Part shown: one piece after another, positions 16,842 to 20,168 of the stretch
Layout of the letters: each line of letters opens with the position of its first letter
Numbering within the stretch: position 1 is the first letter of the stretch
Made by a program: the position numbers and the translations under genes
Assembly: GCA_001724265.1 (NCBI GenBank)
Contig: MEDY01000016.1
Coordinates: 124,001 to 144,168 of the forward strand
Direction: 5' to 3'
DNA: 20,168 bases
From: Rhizaria sp. SCN 62-66
Taxonomy: Eukaryota
Notes under the pieces: model-generated
What the model was told of the DNA's origin: nothing
The model's database searches: none
What the model saw: only the letters and a program-made list of their open reading frames with translations

Positions 16842-19188
16842 TCAATTCACAGAGCGCAGATATGCGTCCACGTTCGCGTACACGCCAACCCCAGCCCCGG
16901 CCGCCGCAGCCTGCACGGCCTCTGCGTCCTCCCACACGCCCTCAGCGCCCAGCGGCCCCGCGCGGCCCGCCGCAGCCCGCGGCACGGCGACCAGCTCGAG
17001 CCGCCTGTCGATGAGCACGACGGTGGGGACCTGCCTGGCTAGCGCGGCCAGCGCCCCCAGCTGCTGCTTGGGCGTCATGTCCAGCACCACGTCACCCGCG
17101 GCGGGACGCGCCGGGTACGGCGGCAGGGCGCGCGTGCCGCGCGGCGCTGACGTCAGCAGCAGCAGCGGCTGCAGGGTGCGGGTGATGGCCGTCGCGCCCA
17201 CGGTCGTCGACGTGAAGAGCACGCGGTGGCGGCTTAAGTAAAAGTTGCGACGCGCAAAGCCGCCGCCGGAGACGCTCGACGCACGGCTGCTGCGACCACT
17301 CAGGTTGCTATTACATGCAACAGCAGCAGCACCAGCTGTGTTCACAGCACTGGTCGGGTTGTTCTGACTGAGGCTGCCGGCGCGGCTGCTTCTGTTGCTG
17401 CCAAACGCGGCGCCGACTGCAGCCGCGGGGGCCAGCGTCGCCGCGATCGTCGCCAGGGCGTTCTCGGGCGTCTCTGGACCGAAAAACTCCGCCGACCGGG
17501 CGGGGTCCTCGGGGGGCCCGAAGAGCCCGGCGTGGTAGAAAAGCGCCGTGAGCGCCGTCTCCTCCTGTTGCGACGAGACCGTGCAGAGCAGGTGCACGTC
17601 CGCGCCCGTCGCCAGCAGCGCCGCAAGAGACAGCAGCGCGTGCGTCAGCGCCGCAGGCACCGACGACGACTGCTGCAGCTTGTTCGTCGCCGCGGTTTCA
17701 TTTGCCGAGTCAGCGACGCGCGCGTGTGCGATGAGCTGCCGGTGAAGCTCGCGGTCGCTGGCGCAGGCGACTGTGAGCTGGCCGCGCGCGAGAGCCACGT
17801 TGACCACCATGCTCGCAGCTACACTTACACCGGCATCGCCGCTACTGCTCACGTCAGTTCTCGCTCTAGTCGTCGTGCTGCCCTCAGTGTTGTTGACATT
17901 GTTGCTGCTGATGGTTGCGGTCGCCGACCGGGGAGTGACCGTGAGCGCCAGCCTGCCCATGGTCTCCGCCGTCACCACTGTCGCCGCAGCCGCCACGCTG
18001 CCGGTAGTCCCCGCGCCCGCGGAGCTGTTGGTGACCGTGAGCACGGGGGTGCCGTCGATGAGCGCGTTCCAGCTCACGACCGCCTTGGGCCGCGGGCGGC
18101 CTGTGACGGGGTGGCGAGAGTAGCCGGCCTCGTAGTGGGGGAACCCGTTGAGCGCCGTCGTCGTCGTCGGCAGCACAGTTGGCAACACGAGGGGCGAGGC
18201 TGACGATGACGATGACGAGGACGAGGATGCGGACAATGAGAGCGCGGTCAGTGCGGCGCTGTTCGCCGCAGCAGCAAGGAACGGGGAGGCTGCAGGCGAG
18301 CCGAGGCCGAACGCCGGCGGCACTGCGCCCACCGCTGAGGCCGCCGCGCCCAGGCTGCCGCTGCCAGCGCTGGCGGCCGCAGAGAGCGCGGGGGACCCGG
18401 GTCCCTGCTGCTGCTGCCCCTGCTGCTGGACAAGGGCGAGGGAGAGTGCGAGCGGCAGCGGGCGCGGGGCCGGGGTCATGACGGCGGCCGGCAGAGGGTA
18501 GTAGCTCGAGAGCAGAGACGGGAACGAAACTGCGCTGCCGTTGCTGCTGAGCGAGCTGCTGCTTGTGACGCCGGCGCCAATGCTAAGGGGTGGGATCGCG
18601 AGCGCGGAGAAGGACAACGTTGACGGCAGCGCGGGCGAGAGGGAGGCAGAGGTAGGGGCAAACGCAGCGGCACTGGAGTCAGATGCAGTGGCGGCGGGGG
18701 CGACGACTGGGCTGGCGGCAGCGCTGGCGGCGCGGCTGGGGGCGGTCGAAGCAGCGGCCGCAGAGGCAGCGGCGGCATTCTCAGCGGCGATGCCGGGCGC
18801 GTGCTGCGAAAGAGCGCGGAGACGCTGAGGCAGGGGAGCAGCCGCTGCAGCAGCTGCATTGCCGTTAGCATTGGCAGCTGTGACACCGTTCACGACAGCC
18901 TGCATAGTTTGACAGATACGAAGCATAGAACAAAATTGTAAGCAATTTTAGTATCAAATGTCATAAGAATACATAACAGCAGCTTAATGATGTTTAGAGT
19001 TAAAATATCGTGAAGAAATGACGTACGGCAGCGTTGGGCGTGCGCGAGGGAGCACCGAAGAGCTTTCGATAGGCCCACACCATCGCCATTACGGCAATGA
19101 TGATCGACACAACGCGGCGCGTGTCAAGAGAATCAAACAGCGCGGCAAGAGAGGAACTGCCGGCGGAGGCGCCGGGGTAGCGGGGCAT
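16842..19188 (-). CDS. PEX22: Peroxin PEX22, plant-type (membrane anchor of the E2 PEX4); exons 19188-19027 and 18899-16842, ~739 aa, greatly expanded
   Basis: Exon 1 encodes a single TM (VVSIIIAVMAMVWAYRK). Phase-0 intron GTACGT...TGCAG. C-terminal blocks DVHLLCTVSSQQEETALTALFYHAGLF, LSRHRVLFTSTTVGATAITRTLQP and LARQVPTVVLID align by eye with the Arabidopsis-type PEX22 blocks DLYL..V.DDE.E..V..AL..AG.F, L..DKVLFCSTE.G...FVRQLEP and LARFI...L.I. Confidence 0.75.
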
Positions 19189-19339
19189 TGTTGTGGAGCG
19201 CACAAGGGGCCGGGGCAGCGGCAGGGACTTCGGGGATTTGAGCCCTCGCCAAGAAGATTAAACCGAGTCTTTACGATCCAGTATTTGTACAGATCGTACA
19301 AGGCTTCTAAAAAAGGCGGAAACTATGATTTAAACTACG

Positions 19340-19436
19340 ACCACAGAAGATGATACGTATAGCGTGCGGTTCATGTGAGTTCTGCAACGATTGATGGCAA
19401 GGATCAGGCTTCGTTCGGAGGATATGGGTCTGAGGT
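19340..19436 (+). ncRNA. Weak candidate box C/D snoRNA
   Basis: Variant C box AAGATGA (19347-19353), D'-like GTGA, C'-like TTGATGG (19391-19397), D box CTGA (19430-19433) and a 3-bp ACC/GGT terminal stem. The segments before D' and D resemble antisense to LSU rRNA as recalled from memory. Confidence 0.25.
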
Positions 19437-20038
19437 AACATCAAATGATGCCTGAGCGCGTTCCCGGGGAACACGAGTTAATCTTAAATTGAAAACAAGA
19501 ACAATGCAAACATTTATATCGCGGAACATGCGTTATATGCCAATTAGGCGATGCATATGCACTTTTGCACGTGCTTGAAGTTTGATGACGATCCCCCCTC
19601 TCGCACCACACAGCGTCAGCCACAAATCAGGTTCGAGGCACGAGGCAAGATGCAAGATGGTCACTAGGCACGAATGGAGATGCAACAATGATTAAAAGGT
19701 TGATTTTATTGACAAGATGTTGTAAAAAAAGACACCACAAGAGCGTCCTCGATCGTTTGAGTCCACGCTCTATCGCCCACAAACTCTCGGCATTGTTGCC
19801 CTCCAAGTCAAGCCCAGGGACTGCACCTAACAACACTTACTTTAAGCACATTCAGCCTCAAAGAAAGACTAAGTAGCATAGCAGCGTTGTTAGACGGTAC
19901 CAAGTGTTTGTAGAGAGCCTGCTACAGCCCCTGTTGCAAAAGCTGTTGGCGATTTGTATCACCAACAAAGCGACAAGACAAGAGCTTGCAGCAAGACGCC
20001 ATAGTAGTAGTCGTAGCAGTAGTTTAACTGCTTCGAAC

Positions 20039-20168
20039 TTACTGAGACTCGGCAGTCTGGAGGCGGGCAGTGCGGTTCATGACGCGGATGTCGAGCTGGT
20101 CAGCGCGCTGAACGATCTCCTTGCGGGTGCGGGCAGAGACGCTGTGGTTGATGACGGCGGCGTACTCG
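20039..20168 (-). CDS. RPL32: 60S ribosomal protein L32 (eL32), C-terminal 42 aa; gene begins beyond the right edge
   Basis: Hand translation from 20167: EYAAVINHSVSARTRKEIVQRADQLDIRVMNRTARLQTAESQ*, matching the eL32 C-terminus Y.AEIAHNVS...RK.IVERA.QL.I.V.N..ARL...E; TAA at 20041-20039. Confidence 0.93.
   Translation of the reverse strand, partial: EYAAVINHSVSARTRKEIVQRADQLDIRVMNRTARLQTAESQ

Noticed and set aside
19688-19876. Short ORFs between PEX22 and RPL32
   Set aside because: No coding bias or motifs; consistent with the RPL32 3'UTR and PEX22 promoter.
1-20168. Possible TAG reassignment, since none of the nine gene ends in the window uses TAG (six TGA, three TAA)
   Set aside because: No in-frame TAG or TAA appears in over 4,000 reconstructed codons; nine stops is too small a sample; reading through the uORF TAG does not join the OSC frame.
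1-20168. A triterpene/sterol biosynthetic gene cluster around the OSC
   Set aside because: Neighbours in the window are unrelated housekeeping or surface genes; no P450, acyl- or glycosyltransferase. The left flank is not visible.

Overview
Gene-dense eukaryotic, probably flagellated-protist, genomic DNA with GC-rich exons and short AT-rich GT-AG introns (11 inferred, 114-236 nt, most with a GTACGT donor). Ten protein-coding genes can be reconstructed by hand, in order: the 5' part of an oxidosqualene cyclase (-, runs off the left edge), a SETD3/SETD4/Rubisco-LSMT-type SET methyltransferase (+), a FAM166/CIMIP2-like ciliary microtubule inner protein (-), an unknown secreted Cys-rich precursor punctuated by (S/A)FLE motifs (+), an unknown GPI-anchored surface protein with an ETxVDCGG Cys module (-), a probable COX6A (+), a PPPDE/DeSI peptidase (+), an NSUN3/4-type RNA m5C methyltransferase (-), a plant-type PEX22 (-) and the 3' end of RPL32 (-). 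No mobile element, CRISPR, rRNA or tRNA was seen. The most intriguing signals are the FLE-punctuated secreted precursor (apicomplexan-style maturation sites, possibly extrusome cargo), acceptor-like AGs just before many start codons (5'UTR introns or SL trans-splicing), the +4C splice-donor consensus, large Ala/Ser-rich expansions in three conserved proteins, and a weak C/D snoRNA candidate. All family calls come from motif recognition by eye; no database searches were run.
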